Below, in pieces: positions 39,326 through 49,123 of a stretch of DNA of 64,000 nt. The stretch comes from Candidatus Hermodarchaeota archaeon. Lineage in GTDB: Archaea; Asgardarchaeota; Lokiarchaeia; Sigyniarchaeales; SOKP01. The translations under genes were made by a program, and so were the position numbers. Where the stretch lies: NCBI GenBank assembly GCA_048885525.1, contig JBHLLP010000017.1, forward strand, positions 1 through 64,000, in the 5' to 3' direction. Below the pieces are notes generated by a model that did no database searches, was not told the origin of the DNA, and was given only the letters and a program-made list of their open reading frames with translations. How positions within the stretch are numbered: position 1 is the stretch's first letter; each line of letters starts with the position of its first letter.

Positions 39326-40426
39326 ATGTCTCTTAAATTAGAAGATGTTAAAGGTCTTGGCAAAAAAGTTGATACATTAAAAGAAGCGGGAATAGACTCC
39401 ATTGAAAAATTAGCAAACTCTAAATTAGAAGATTTAATTGAATTAAAAGGGATTGGTAAGACAACAGCTGAGAAAATCATTGAAAATGCTAAAGAACTCC
39501 TACAACAAGAAACAAAAGAGGAAGAAACAGAACTGACCGAAAAGGAAGAGGAAGAAGAGAAGAAAATCCAAGAACAAATTAAAAAATTGGAACAGAAGAA
39601 AAGTAAATTGCAGGGAAAGAAAGTAGAAGAGGGAGATTTTGTTCTTGTTAAAATAACAGCACGGACTCAAAAAGGTCAAATTTTTAGAGTTTCATCTGAA
39701 GATGATGCAAAAAAAGCAGGAATATATGATGAGAATAAGGCTAAACAAGGATACTACACTCCAGAATTCATTATAGTAGGAAAACCAGGATTTGTAAATG
39801 AAGGACTCACGGAAACAATTAAAGAAATGAATTTTTTTGAGAAAAAGTCTGTTCGGATCCCCCCTACTAAGGCTTTTGGAAAACGAGATCCCCAAAAAAT
39901 TGAAAGAATAGGTATAGCAAAATTTAGAAAATTAAATGAAGGAAAAAATCCTGAAATTGGTAAAGAGTTTATTAAACAAACTCAAGGGCAAACCCAGAGG
40001 GGAACCATAACGAATGTTGTACAAGGAAGAGTTATTATTGATTATAATCATCCTTTAGCGGGACAAAGCATAGATTATAACCTAGAAGTTATTGATAAAA
40101 TCGAAGATTTTAATGAAAAAATAGAATATTTTATGATCAATAAAGGTATTCCAAAAGAAAATATATCTGATTTTCAAATCAGTTACATTCCTAAGAGTAA
40201 AGCTCTAGAGATTACTATTCCTAAAATATTTCTTTTTCAAAATTTAACATATGTTAAATTTGGTCTATCAATGGATCTTCAGACTCATATGGGGGATGAA
40301 ATTGATGATATAAAATTTATCGAAATCTATGAAAAAATACCTATTCCAACTACTCCATCTGAATCTGTAATGAAAAAAGTTGAGGAATTTAATAAAGAAC
40401 AAGAAAATAAAGAAGAACCTGGATAA
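39326..40426 (+). CDS. slyD: Long-type archaeal FKBP/SlyD PPIase with N-terminal HhH domain
   Basis: VKGLGKK / LKGIGKTTAEKII HhH; IPPTKAFGKRDP, IDYNHPLAG. Confidence 0.88.
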   Translation: MSLKLEDVKGLGKKVDTLKEAGIDSIEKLANSKLEDLIELKGIGKTTAEKIIENAKELLQQETKEEETELTEKEEEEEKKIQEQIKKLEQKKSKLQGKKVEEGDFVLVKITARTQKGQIFRVSSEDDAKKAGIYDENKAKQGYYTPEFIIVGKPGFVNEGLTETIKEMNFFEKKSVRIPPTKAFGKRDPQKIERIGIAKFRKLNEGKNPEIGKEFIKQTQGQTQRGTITNVVQGRVIIDYNHPLAGQSIDYNLEVIDKIEDFNEKIEYFMINKGIPKENISDFQISYIPKSKALEITIPKIFLFQNLTYVKFGLSMDLQTHMGDEIDDIKFIEIYEKIPIPTTPSESVMKKVEEFNKEQENKEEPG

Positions 40427-40447
40427 TGTTATTGAATTAATAAAATT

Positions 40448-41428
40448 TTATGTTATTCGAAGCTTAGGTTCAAGTTCTTGCTTTTTTTTCTCCTTCTGTT
40501 TCTTATATTCTACTTTTTTTTTACGATAGTGAGAATGTTTCCTTTGATATTCAAATCGTCTTTTCAGTGATTTTCCTTTCTTTTTTAAATAATCTTTTTT
40601 AGCTTTTTTATATTCCTTTTTAGCTTTCTTGTATTCTTTTTTTGATTTCTTATATTTTTTATATCTCTTTTTTATTTCATGTCGAACATCCTCACTAATA
40701 TCTCCAATTCCCAATTCATTGAGTTGTTCTTTGAATTTTTCAAATGATTCAAATCTGATTACTATAATTCCTAGTTGTCTTGCGGGGACTAAATTCTGAA
40801 TTTTATCGTCAATAAAGATACACTTTTTAGGTTTTGTATCTAACTTTTTAAGAACATATTTATATTTATCCATATCTGGTTTAATAAAACCAATTTCATT
40901 AGATAAGAATACATTATCAAAAATATCATAAAATCCTCTTAATAAGTTCGATTTAGCATGTATATCATGGGTATTAGACATCAAACTTACAGTGTAATCA
41001 GCTTGATGTAAACGTTCTATTATTTCTGCCATTTCAGACGAAATATCTGTTACTTGAGAATAAAGATCAAACCATAACTCTTCATAATATGCAGCATTTA
41101 CTTTTTTTGGAGGTATGGCTCCATCTTTTTTTTGAACTGGATAATAATATTTTTCAAAAATTTTTTCTAAAAATTCTTGAGTAGAAACTCTTCCAGAGCT
41201 TAGAGCCCTTCTAATTTTTCTAATATATGAATTTTCATCACGAGGTAAGGAGATATTCAAATCTTCTTCAATTATATCGAGTATGTTCTTTATCACAAAA
41301 GTTTTTTCAATCATTACTCCCCCAAAATCAAATATAAAGTGTTTAATCTTATATAATCTGACTTTCTGTTTTTCACCATAAATTTTAGATTTTTCCAGTT
41401 GTTTTTGACTAATCATTTTAAAATACAA
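40448..41428 (-). CDS. HAD phosphatase (YihX-like) with Lys/Tyr-rich basic tail
   Basis: FDFGGV, MSNT, GFIKP, FIDD; tail KKYKKSKKEYKKAKKEYKKAKKDY. Confidence 0.9.
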   Translation of the reverse strand: MYFKMISQKQLEKSKIYGEKQKVRLYKIKHFIFDFGGVMIEKTFVIKNILDIIEEDLNISLPRDENSYIRKIRRALSSGRVSTQEFLEKIFEKYYYPVQKKDGAIPPKKVNAAYYEELWFDLYSQVTDISSEMAEIIERLHQADYTVSLMSNTHDIHAKSNLLRGFYDIFDNVFLSNEIGFIKPDMDKYKYVLKKLDTKPKKCIFIDDKIQNLVPARQLGIIVIRFESFEKFKEQLNELGIGDISEDVRHEIKKRYKKYKKSKKEYKKAKKEYKKAKKDYLKKKGKSLKRRFEYQRKHSHYRKKKVEYKKQKEKKKQELEPKLRIT

Positions 41429-41441
41429 TAATGTAAAAAAA

Positions 41442-42248
41442 TTAATTATTATTACGGTTTCTTTTTATTTTCTCAAATTTATCCAATATTAAATTGGATA
41501 TTGTTTCTACGGCGGGAATGTTCTCTATTTGCCACCAAACGAACTCTGAAAAGCTGCCTGAGTCAACACAATACAGCTTACTACTTGATTCTTCCCTAAC
41601 AATATCTAAATGTCCAAATAAAAGATTTCCATTAAAATAATTTTTCCATCTAGTAATTACGTCTTTAACATCACTGGGAGTTTCAACTTTTTTCATGTCA
41701 ACATGCTCATCTGCTAAAGGAGGTTTAATTAGAGTACAAATCTCATTATCAATAAAATATGCATTATAATGGATACCTTTAATGTATTTTTCTAAATAAA
41801 AAATTGATTTATTATCTGATTTGAAATCTCTATATGATCTTATAATCCTTACTCCTTTACTTCCTGATCCCATAATTGGTTTCAAGATAAATGGAAAATC
41901 ATTTAAATCTAATTTATTTCTAAATGTATCAGTTGTACCCAAATAAATATTTGGGGTTATTAATCCCACCTTTTTCATCAAAAAATGAGATTGTATTCGA
42001 TTTTTTAGCATAAAAGAGATTTGAGGGTTTGGAATAACGGGAATATTATTAGCTTCCAAAAAAAAACCAGCATATAGAAAAAAAAGACTTTTTGATTTTA
42101 ATATATAAAAGTCTTGATTTAAAAGAGTTTCATTTATTACTAAATTTTCTAACGTGTAAATTGAGACATTAATCCCCTTATTCTCCAAATAATCTTTCAA
42201 TTTACCAGCCATCATTGTTTTTCTTTTCGATAATATTCCAATATTCAT
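41442..42248 (-). CDS. ATP-grasp protein (RimK/ITPK1-like, divergent)
   Basis: FPFILKPIMGSGSKGV, YLEKYI, FGHLDIV, YCVD. Confidence 0.8.
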   Translation of the reverse strand: MNIGILSKRKTMMAGKLKDYLENKGINVSIYTLENLVINETLLNQDFYILKSKSLFFLYAGFFLEANNIPVIPNPQISFMLKNRIQSHFLMKKVGLITPNIYLGTTDTFRNKLDLNDFPFILKPIMGSGSKGVRIIRSYRDFKSDNKSIFYLEKYIKGIHYNAYFIDNEICTLIKPPLADEHVDMKKVETPSDVKDVITRWKNYFNGNLLFGHLDIVREESSSKLYCVDSGSFSEFVWWQIENIPAVETISNLILDKFEKIKRNRNNN

Positions 42249-42261
42249 TTTCTTTATTGCT

Positions 42262-43077
42262 TCAGTTTTTAGTTTGTTCTAATAAAAAATTTGCCACAAT
42301 TTCATGGCCATTTTTAATATAATTAAAATTTGGAGTACAATTTATATCCGTTAGATAGAACTGGTCTTTGGATTTTAAAAAATCTAAAGAAGTTAATTTT
42401 AAATCCATTACTTCCATTGCTTTATAACAATAATCTTTTAGTTCCGAAATCTCATCAATCTCTCTTCTCGATTCCATCTTATTAGGATTTACGAGTATTG
42501 GTAGTTGTTTAAAAAAGTAAATATCTTCACCGATTCCATAGATCTTATATTCCCATTTACTTTTAATAAATTTTTGGTAATAAAGATAATTGTATTTTGG
42601 ATCCGTTATATCATATTCATCTAAAGCCCTTTGATCAGCAACTCTCAATTGTCCATTTTCTTTATGGACTATTGGTTTAAATTTATAATTTTTTTGATCG
42701 ATTATATTTTTAATAATATAATCCCTGAATGGTGAAATAGTTCCTTTAGGATTCAAGGAAAAATTAGGAATTGGAATTCCTGCTTTTTTTAAGTAAACAC
42801 TATTTAAAAATCTATTAATTGCCAACCATGTACCCTTGTAAGAGTTAATAACGGGAATAGAAGTTTGCTCTTCAAGGAATTTTGTAAACGTTAAAACTAA
42901 ATCTCCTTTTGCCTTAACAAAGAATAAATCCTCGTCAAAGATAATTTTCTCACTATCAAATAGAAAAGATTCCTCGACGTATAACCTAACATCTGCTTTA
43001 GTTTTTAAGTATTTTAAGAAATCTGCTACTTTATACTTCAAATGATATTTATCAATGATTATTCCTATTTTTTTCAA
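42262..43077 (-). CDS. ATP-grasp protein (ITPK1/RimK-like)
   Basis: YYQKFI, EYKIYGIG, SLDFL, YLTDINCTPNF. Confidence 0.8.
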   Translation of the reverse strand: MKKIGIIIDKYHLKYKVADFLKYLKTKADVRLYVEESFLFDSEKIIFDEDLFFVKAKGDLVLTFTKFLEEQTSIPVINSYKGTWLAINRFLNSVYLKKAGIPIPNFSLNPKGTISPFRDYIIKNIIDQKNYKFKPIVHKENGQLRVADQRALDEYDITDPKYNYLYYQKFIKSKWEYKIYGIGEDIYFFKQLPILVNPNKMESRREIDEISELKDYCYKAMEVMDLKLTSLDFLKSKDQFYLTDINCTPNFNYIKNGHEIVANFLLEQTKN

Positions 43078-43320
43078 AAAAATTTACCTTAAAAGCCTTT
43101 TTTAAAGAAAAAGGTTTTTCTCTTTAATATTAAATAAAAAAAAGATATAATATAAATACAATTAAAATTAAATTTTATACTATTTTACTTAGTGTCGGAA
43201 GAATATATTGTTCTAAATAGAGGGAATTTTTTCCACCAGAACGTCATAAAATAGTACATAATCAATATATTTATATATCTTAATTTATTCATAATTTATC
43301 AAACTAATAGGGTTTTATAC

Positions 43321-44235
43321 GTGTCAAATAAGCTAAGTAGAATCTACATAGGCACTATTTGTAATCGTGATCTCGAAATATTTGAAGAGATTAAAAAATT
43401 CTTTAATAAGAACTACAATATCTCTATGATAAATCTGTTAAAAAAAGATTCTAATATATTTAGTATTAAACATTTCAAAAAACAAGTTAAGAAATATCCT
43501 ATTTCTTTTATAATTGTAAAATTATTATCTGAAAAAGATAATCAAGAAATTTACCAAGCACTTAATGAAATTACGCCTCATGTACCCCTTTTAAATAGTT
43601 TAGAAGCTGTTCAGACCTGTGAAAGTAGGAGAGATACCTTTAGAAGTGTTGAACAAAAATATAAGAAAAAGATTATCCCTTGTTGTTTTTATACTTTTAG
43701 TGACGCACTTGAAGCATGTTCTAACGGAACAAAACTAGTTATTAAATTAGATAAGCATAATATTCCAAATCTCCCAAGAGATGATAGAATTATTGGAGTA
43801 GCTAAAAATTCCTACGAGTTTAAACAAATAACAAAAGGGTTTAAAGAAAATGAGTTATTTTTCCAAGAATATTTAGGTAAATTCGATATTATATATAAAG
43901 TATATGTGATAGGACGATGGACAGTTTCAATAACTTCACATAATCGATTGCGGCAAAAAGAAAATTTATCTCCCTTAGAGCTAATTCACATTCGTGTACC
44001 AATTGACAAACAATTAAAGAGACGAATATTACGATTAGGTAGAAAAATGGGACTCTCAATTTTTGGTATTGATTATATACTAACAAATGAGGGCGTTCCA
44101 TATATTATCGATATTAATGATTTTCCAAGTTTTAGAAGCATTCCTGAGGCGGTGAGTTTAATATCAGATTATATATATAATATAATATTACTACAACAAC
44201 AAATCTATAAAATGCGTGCTTCGGTTAAAGGTTAA
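43321..44235 (+). CDS. Inositol-phosphate kinase ITPK1-like ATP-grasp protein
   Basis: FFQEYL, YKVYVIG, GLSIFGIDYI, YIIDINDFPSF resemble ITPK1 QEF/FKVYVVG/FG.D/IDINYFPG. Confidence 0.78.
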   Translation: MSNKLSRIYIGTICNRDLEIFEEIKKFFNKNYNISMINLLKKDSNIFSIKHFKKQVKKYPISFIIVKLLSEKDNQEIYQALNEITPHVPLLNSLEAVQTCESRRDTFRSVEQKYKKKIIPCCFYTFSDALEACSNGTKLVIKLDKHNIPNLPRDDRIIGVAKNSYEFKQITKGFKENELFFQEYLGKFDIIYKVYVIGRWTVSITSHNRLRQKENLSPLELIHIRVPIDKQLKRRILRLGRKMGLSIFGIDYILTNEGVPYIIDINDFPSFRSIPEAVSLISDYIYNIILLQQQIYKMRASVKG

Positions 44236-44272
44236 AATTTAAGAAAGAGCTTATTATAATTCAGTAAGCTCA

Positions 44273-45397
44273 CTATCGCTCTCTTTTATTTTCCAAAAAC
44301 TCTAGAAGTCTCTCCTTTGCAATAAAATCATCTAATTGCTCTGGAGGATGTTTCGCAAAAAAAGAGCATGCTGAGTTAAGTACTCCTCCAATTTCTCTAT
44401 CCTTAGCAATTTTACTAATCCTAATACAGTCAGCAATAATTCCAGCAGAATTATTTCCATCTTCTACAAATAAAGTAATGTCAATTCTTACTGGTGCACC
44501 TCCAAAGACTCTTCCTTCAAGTCTCATATAAGCCTCTTTTTGATTCTTTAGAAAAGGAATGTAATCTACAGCGGAAATTTGACATTCTACTGTATCTCGA
44601 TTCTGGAGATTAGAAACCACAGCTTCAGTTTTAGATTGGCGTTTTCCTTCTTCATATCTTAATGATCCATCTGGCATAGGAGTTAATAAGTTGCAAAAAT
44701 CGCTAGAACCTCCCCAATCAAGTTGAATTGTTTTATCTAATAATGCTCCTCTCATAGGAAAGAGATTTGTTAATGCTCTATGGACAATTGTGGCCCCTAT
44801 CTGAGATTTTACATCGTCTCCCATTAATGAGAGACTATATTTTTCAGCTTTTTCGATTATTTCGGGATCTTTAACTACATGTGAAGGCATTCCATTTACA
44901 ACGCATGATCCTGCTTCAAGCGCACTCATAGCATAAAACTTTACAGCTTTATGACACCCTGTTGGAAGTAGGATTACACTAACATCAGTCTTTCTATTTT
45001 TTATTTCATTCATAATATCAGCAGGGTTTTGATTATTATCTACGGGGACTATGTTTTTAATATTACTATCTAATCCATCCATTATTGGACCTTTTATTAC
45101 TGGAGCATTTAAGTAACTAGGTTCAAAAAGCTTTATATTACAATTTGGTTCGGCAAAAATTGCTTCACTCAAATCTTTTCCGACTTTATTTGAATTTACA
45201 TCAATACCTAAAACAAAATTGATATCATTCAAACTATATTGAGTAATTTCTGGAAGAATACCAATGATTTTGTCAGGATTCTTTTTATAATTCTCAACTC
45301 CTTGAATCAAGGCAGAACAGACGTCACCAACGCCTATTACCGCTACACGTATTTCTCTTTCAGTAATTCTACTTTCAGTAATTCTATTTTCAGTCAT
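44273..45397 (-). CDS. ino1: myo-inositol-1-phosphate synthase
   Basis: GVGDVCSALIQG, KVGKDLSEAIF, GDDVKSQIGATIVHR, GGSSDF, EDGNNSAG; ATG 45397 preferred. Confidence 0.93.
   Translation of the reverse strand: MTENRITESRITEREIRVAVIGVGDVCSALIQGVENYKKNPDKIIGILPEITQYSLNDINFVLGIDVNSNKVGKDLSEAIFAEPNCNIKLFEPSYLNAPVIKGPIMDGLDSNIKNIVPVDNNQNPADIMNEIKNRKTDVSVILLPTGCHKAVKFYAMSALEAGSCVVNGMPSHVVKDPEIIEKAEKYSLSLMGDDVKSQIGATIVHRALTNLFPMRGALLDKTIQLDWGGSSDFCNLLTPMPDGSLRYEEGKRQSKTEAVVSNLQNRDTVECQISAVDYIPFLKNQKEAYMRLEGRVFGGAPVRIDITLFVEDGNNSAGIIADCIRISKIAKDREIGGVLNSACSFFAKHPPEQLDDFIAKERLLEFLENKRER
45350..45394 (-). repeat. 15-bp x3 tandem repeat encoding TENRI-TESRI-TEREI
   Basis: ACTGAAAATAGAATT ACTGAAAGTAGAATT ACTGAAAGAGAAATA. 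Confidence 0.75.
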
Positions 45398-45773
45398 TCT
45401 GCTCAATATCAAATAATTTTAATTTGGAATATTCTATATTAATAGATAAAAAATAAAAAAGCTTTAGATATTTATCTTTCGCTAATCTCAAAACAAAATG
45501 AACTTTTCTATGATTCAACAATTTTTAAGTTAAATATCATAAGAGGAAATATTAAAAGACTTAATAAATTTAATAAAAAAAAATATCTCTCACTAAGATT
45601 AATCCTTTTTTATGTGACAAAAATGATTTAAGTTGATTAATTATTATTGTTTTAATACTATGAAAAGCAATTAAATATAGCAATAATTAAAAATTAAGTT
45701 TATTAAATTCTAAAATATTTACTTTAACATCTCTAATGAAGTTTTGTCAAAAATTAAGATTCGAGTGGTTTAA

Positions 45774-48209
45774 TTGGAATTTAATATTTATATTTTTAAT
45801 CTGGTTCTTTTAATTATTATTTCTTTAGGATTATTTTTAACAATAATATATATACTTTTACCTTGGTTTTTCAATCTCTTTGTTTCTCCAAAATTTAACG
45901 CTACATACGTATTTAATTCAAAAGATTTCAAGAAAAAGGAAAAATTAAAACAACTTCCATATCAAAATAGGATAGCTCAAGTCAATTTTAACAAGAATCA
46001 AGGTACATATTCTATTTTATTTGGAACAAAACGAGAATTAATAGATGGAATTATAAAAATAAGGCATGAATTTAATGAATATATCAATAAAAATTCTTCC
46101 GACACTCAATTAAAAATGCTAAAATTAACCTCTATTAATGAATCTGATGGAATTGATAAATTAGGAGTATTCAAATCTTTAGAGTTAAAATATAAATTAG
46201 AGGATGAAGAAAGATATTTAGATACATCAATTAAGCATTATAATAACCAAGATTTTATAACTTTTGAGTTATCATTTCCAGATGGACTAAAAAACACATC
46301 CTCAGGTGAATTTTCTGAAATGATAACTAAATTTCCTTCATTTATCAATCAAAGTCTTAAAACTAAAATTTTTACTTTTAGAAATACCATTTTTTGCCCT
46401 CCTTCAAGAACAGTTGGGACTACTTCGGCACCCGTGCTATTTTATGATGATGATTTAAATTGTTTTATCTTGTCACCTTTAGATGGTTTTTTGAATACAA
46501 TAATCTCAAAAGATAAAAATAATAGGATAATGTGTGGTATTCAAGGGAATATTAAAGAAATTCCTAAAGAATTTTCACAAAAATTTATTCTTCTTTTTGG
46601 AAAAGGCATTAATCAATCAATGGAGCGTTTAGGTGGCATTTTATTAAAATATCACAATTCTAAGCGAAAAAGTCTTTATGCTAATATAATAACATCTTAT
46701 TTGGGTTTCTGGACAGATTGTGGTGGTTACTATTATTATAAAAAAGAAAAAGGATTGAATTATGAAGACACAATGGTTGCCATCAAGGAATATTTTGATG
46801 ATAAAAAAATCCCCATAAGATATTACAATTTTGATAGTTGGTGGTACTTAAAACATACAAATAAAATTTTTACAGACTTATTTCGACCATTAGTTCGATT
46901 GATGGGAGGTGGATTATATGGTAATATATTACGATGGGAAGTTGATCCTAAAAATTTCACTACAGATTTGAAGACATTTAATCGTGAAAGATTTCAAAAG
47001 CCAATTACTGCGCACAGTCGTCGTTGGGATGCGCGATCACCTTATGTTAAAAAATTTGAGTTTGAAACATATAAACATCATGCTGTGCCAATTAAAAAAG
47101 AATTCTGGGATTGGTTAATGACACATGCGAAAGAAAGTGGAATAGAAGTGTATGAACAAGATTGGATGAAAAACCAAATCGTAAGTATGCCAATTTTAAG
47201 GACAAACTTTAAAGCCCAAAGAGAGTGGCTGATTAGTATGGCAACTGCTGCAAAAGAACAAGGAATTGATATCTTCTATTGTATGCAGACTCCTGGAATC
47301 TTATTATACAGTATAAAACATTCAAATGTTAACATTTCTCGATGTTCAGGGGATTATAATCATAGATGGCCATTAACTTATAGGTTTATTCACTCTACTC
47401 AAACAAATATTCTTTTTAATGCTATAGGAATTAATTCTCATCCAGATGTATTCCGTTCAAGAACAATGGAAAATGTAAAATTAAGACCATTTGGAGAGAA
47501 ATATCCTAATTTAAATTGCCTTTATCAAATTTTAAATGCAGGGATTGTTGCTCCTGGAGATAAAAAAGAAAATGTCAATTGGCCACTTTTGCAAAAAACG
47601 TGTAGAGATGATGGTTTGCTACTGAAACCTGATAAATCATTAACTGCAAATGATTTAATGTTTAAGAAACATAAAAAATACTATATTTGTGATACCTACA
47701 CTAAAACAAATAATTTAACATGGAGATATATTTTAATTACTAATATCTGGCCAAGAAGAGTTAAAGAAACTTCTTTTACATTGGAAGAACTTGGATTAGA
47801 GAAAAAAGATTATGTAATATATGACTTTCATTCTGGTATCGTAAATCGGATCAAATTTGATGATTCTATTGAAGTAGGGAGATTAAGAAGATATAATTAC
47901 AAATATTACGTAATTTGTGCTATTTTGTTGAATGGAATGGCTTTAATTGGATGTCCTGACAAATTTATTACATGTTCGCGAAAATTAATTACACAAGTTA
48001 ATACTAATAAGAATTCTTTAAGTTTTTTAGTTGAGAACATAAAAAATACAGTTGTTAAAATATTAATTTACTCTGAACAAAGACCAAGTTCAATTCAAGT
48101 TGAAAATAAATTAATAGATTCATGGAAATACAACGAAGAAATTAATCTAATAGAGTTAAATTTAGAGTTTGAAAAATTTAGTCCAAAAGAAGTTTTAATC
48201 AATAAATAA
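45774..48209 (+). CDS. Membrane-anchored glycoside-hydrolase-like protein (clan GH-D / GH36 raffinose-synthase-like)
   Basis: N-terminal TM; FWTDCGGYYYY, NFDSWWY, YEQDWM, YCM, RCSGDY, DGLLLKPD. Confidence 0.6.
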   Translation: MEFNIYIFNLVLLIIISLGLFLTIIYILLPWFFNLFVSPKFNATYVFNSKDFKKKEKLKQLPYQNRIAQVNFNKNQGTYSILFGTKRELIDGIIKIRHEFNEYINKNSSDTQLKMLKLTSINESDGIDKLGVFKSLELKYKLEDEERYLDTSIKHYNNQDFITFELSFPDGLKNTSSGEFSEMITKFPSFINQSLKTKIFTFRNTIFCPPSRTVGTTSAPVLFYDDDLNCFILSPLDGFLNTIISKDKNNRIMCGIQGNIKEIPKEFSQKFILLFGKGINQSMERLGGILLKYHNSKRKSLYANIITSYLGFWTDCGGYYYYKKEKGLNYEDTMVAIKEYFDDKKIPIRYYNFDSWWYLKHTNKIFTDLFRPLVRLMGGGLYGNILRWEVDPKNFTTDLKTFNRERFQKPITAHSRRWDARSPYVKKFEFETYKHHAVPIKKEFWDWLMTHAKESGIEVYEQDWMKNQIVSMPILRTNFKAQREWLISMATAAKEQGIDIFYCMQTPGILLYSIKHSNVNISRCSGDYNHRWPLTYRFIHSTQTNILFNAIGINSHPDVFRSRTMENVKLRPFGEKYPNLNCLYQILNAGIVAPGDKKENVNWPLLQKTCRDDGLLLKPDKSLTANDLMFKKHKKYYICDTYTKTNNLTWRYILITNIWPRRVKETSFTLEELGLEKKDYVIYDFHSGIVNRIKFDDSIEVGRLRRYNYKYYVICAILLNGMALIGCPDKFITCSRKLITQVNTNKNSLSFLVENIKNTVVKILIYSEQRPSSIQVENKLIDSWKYNEEINLIELNLEFEKFSPKEVLINK

Positions 48210-48229
48210 TATAAATAGTATGTAAGAAT

Positions 48230-49123
48230 ATGGTTAAAAAGATTGTTTTTTCGGCACGAAAAGATCATGTTATTATTAAAAAACTAATTAAAAAGCTTAA
48301 ACAGATTCCAAAAATTGAGTTAATATTGCATGATCCTACAAAAGATTTTTTTTGCCTTTCTGAAATGCCAAACCAATTTAGGAAAGCAGATCTAATTATC
48401 GTAAAGGTAAGAAATGAATGCTCTCTTGATTTTTTACATTTTGCTAAACTCTATAATATACCTACTTTGCATGATATTGATACTATTTTAATGTGCAAAA
48501 ACAAAATTGCCCTTGATTTTGCATTAAGGAGAGCACTAAAGACTCATCAAAAGGACTTAAGGAATTTTTTAATACCCAATTCATGGAATCAATCTTTATC
48601 AGACGTAAGTCTATTTAAGAAGTGGACTTTGCCAAAAATGCCTATAGTTATTAAAAGTCATTATCAACATGATAAATATAACCGTTTTAACTTTTTGGTA
48701 CAAAAAATTGAGGAAGTGGATAAATTTATTGAGAAATATAAGGAATTCTTATACTATGATGTATATGTTCAAGAATTCATTGAGTGCGACGGTATTGAGA
48801 GAAAGGTATACGTAATAGGAGATAAAGTTTTTGGTATTAAAAGAGAAAATCCTATTTATAAATATTTAAGAGAAAAACCTGAAAATATTGATGTTGAATT
48901 GCTTGAAAGGGAAAAATTTGAAATTACATATGATATCTATAAATTAGCACAAATTTTATCGGCAGAGTTAAATCTTTACATTTTTGGTTTTGATCTAGTC
49001 CAGCCAATTAATGATGACAAATTATACATTATAGACTTAAATGACTTTCCAAGTTTTAAAGGAATACCCAATGTTGAAATTGTTTTAGCCAATTTCATCA
49101 AAAACTATATTCTAGGACTTTAA
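48230..49123 (+). CDS. Inositol-phosphate kinase ITPK1-like ATP-grasp protein
   Basis: PIVIKS, VQEFI, RKVYVIG, LNLYIFGFDLV, YIIDLNDFPSF. Confidence 0.78.
   Translation: MVKKIVFSARKDHVIIKKLIKKLKQIPKIELILHDPTKDFFCLSEMPNQFRKADLIIVKVRNECSLDFLHFAKLYNIPTLHDIDTILMCKNKIALDFALRRALKTHQKDLRNFLIPNSWNQSLSDVSLFKKWTLPKMPIVIKSHYQHDKYNRFNFLVQKIEEVDKFIEKYKEFLYYDVYVQEFIECDGIERKVYVIGDKVFGIKRENPIYKYLREKPENIDVELLEREKFEITYDIYKLAQILSAELNLYIFGFDLVQPINDDKLYIIDLNDFPSFKGIPNVEIVLANFIKNYILGL

Noticed and set aside
41442-49123. RimK/LysX peptide-ligase (RiPP-like) interpretation of the ATP-grasp cluster
   Set aside because: They lack the RimK-type E.N..P motif (having D.N.FP instead) and a precursor peptide, and lie beside MIPS; ITPK1-like is preferred, least securely for 41442-42248.
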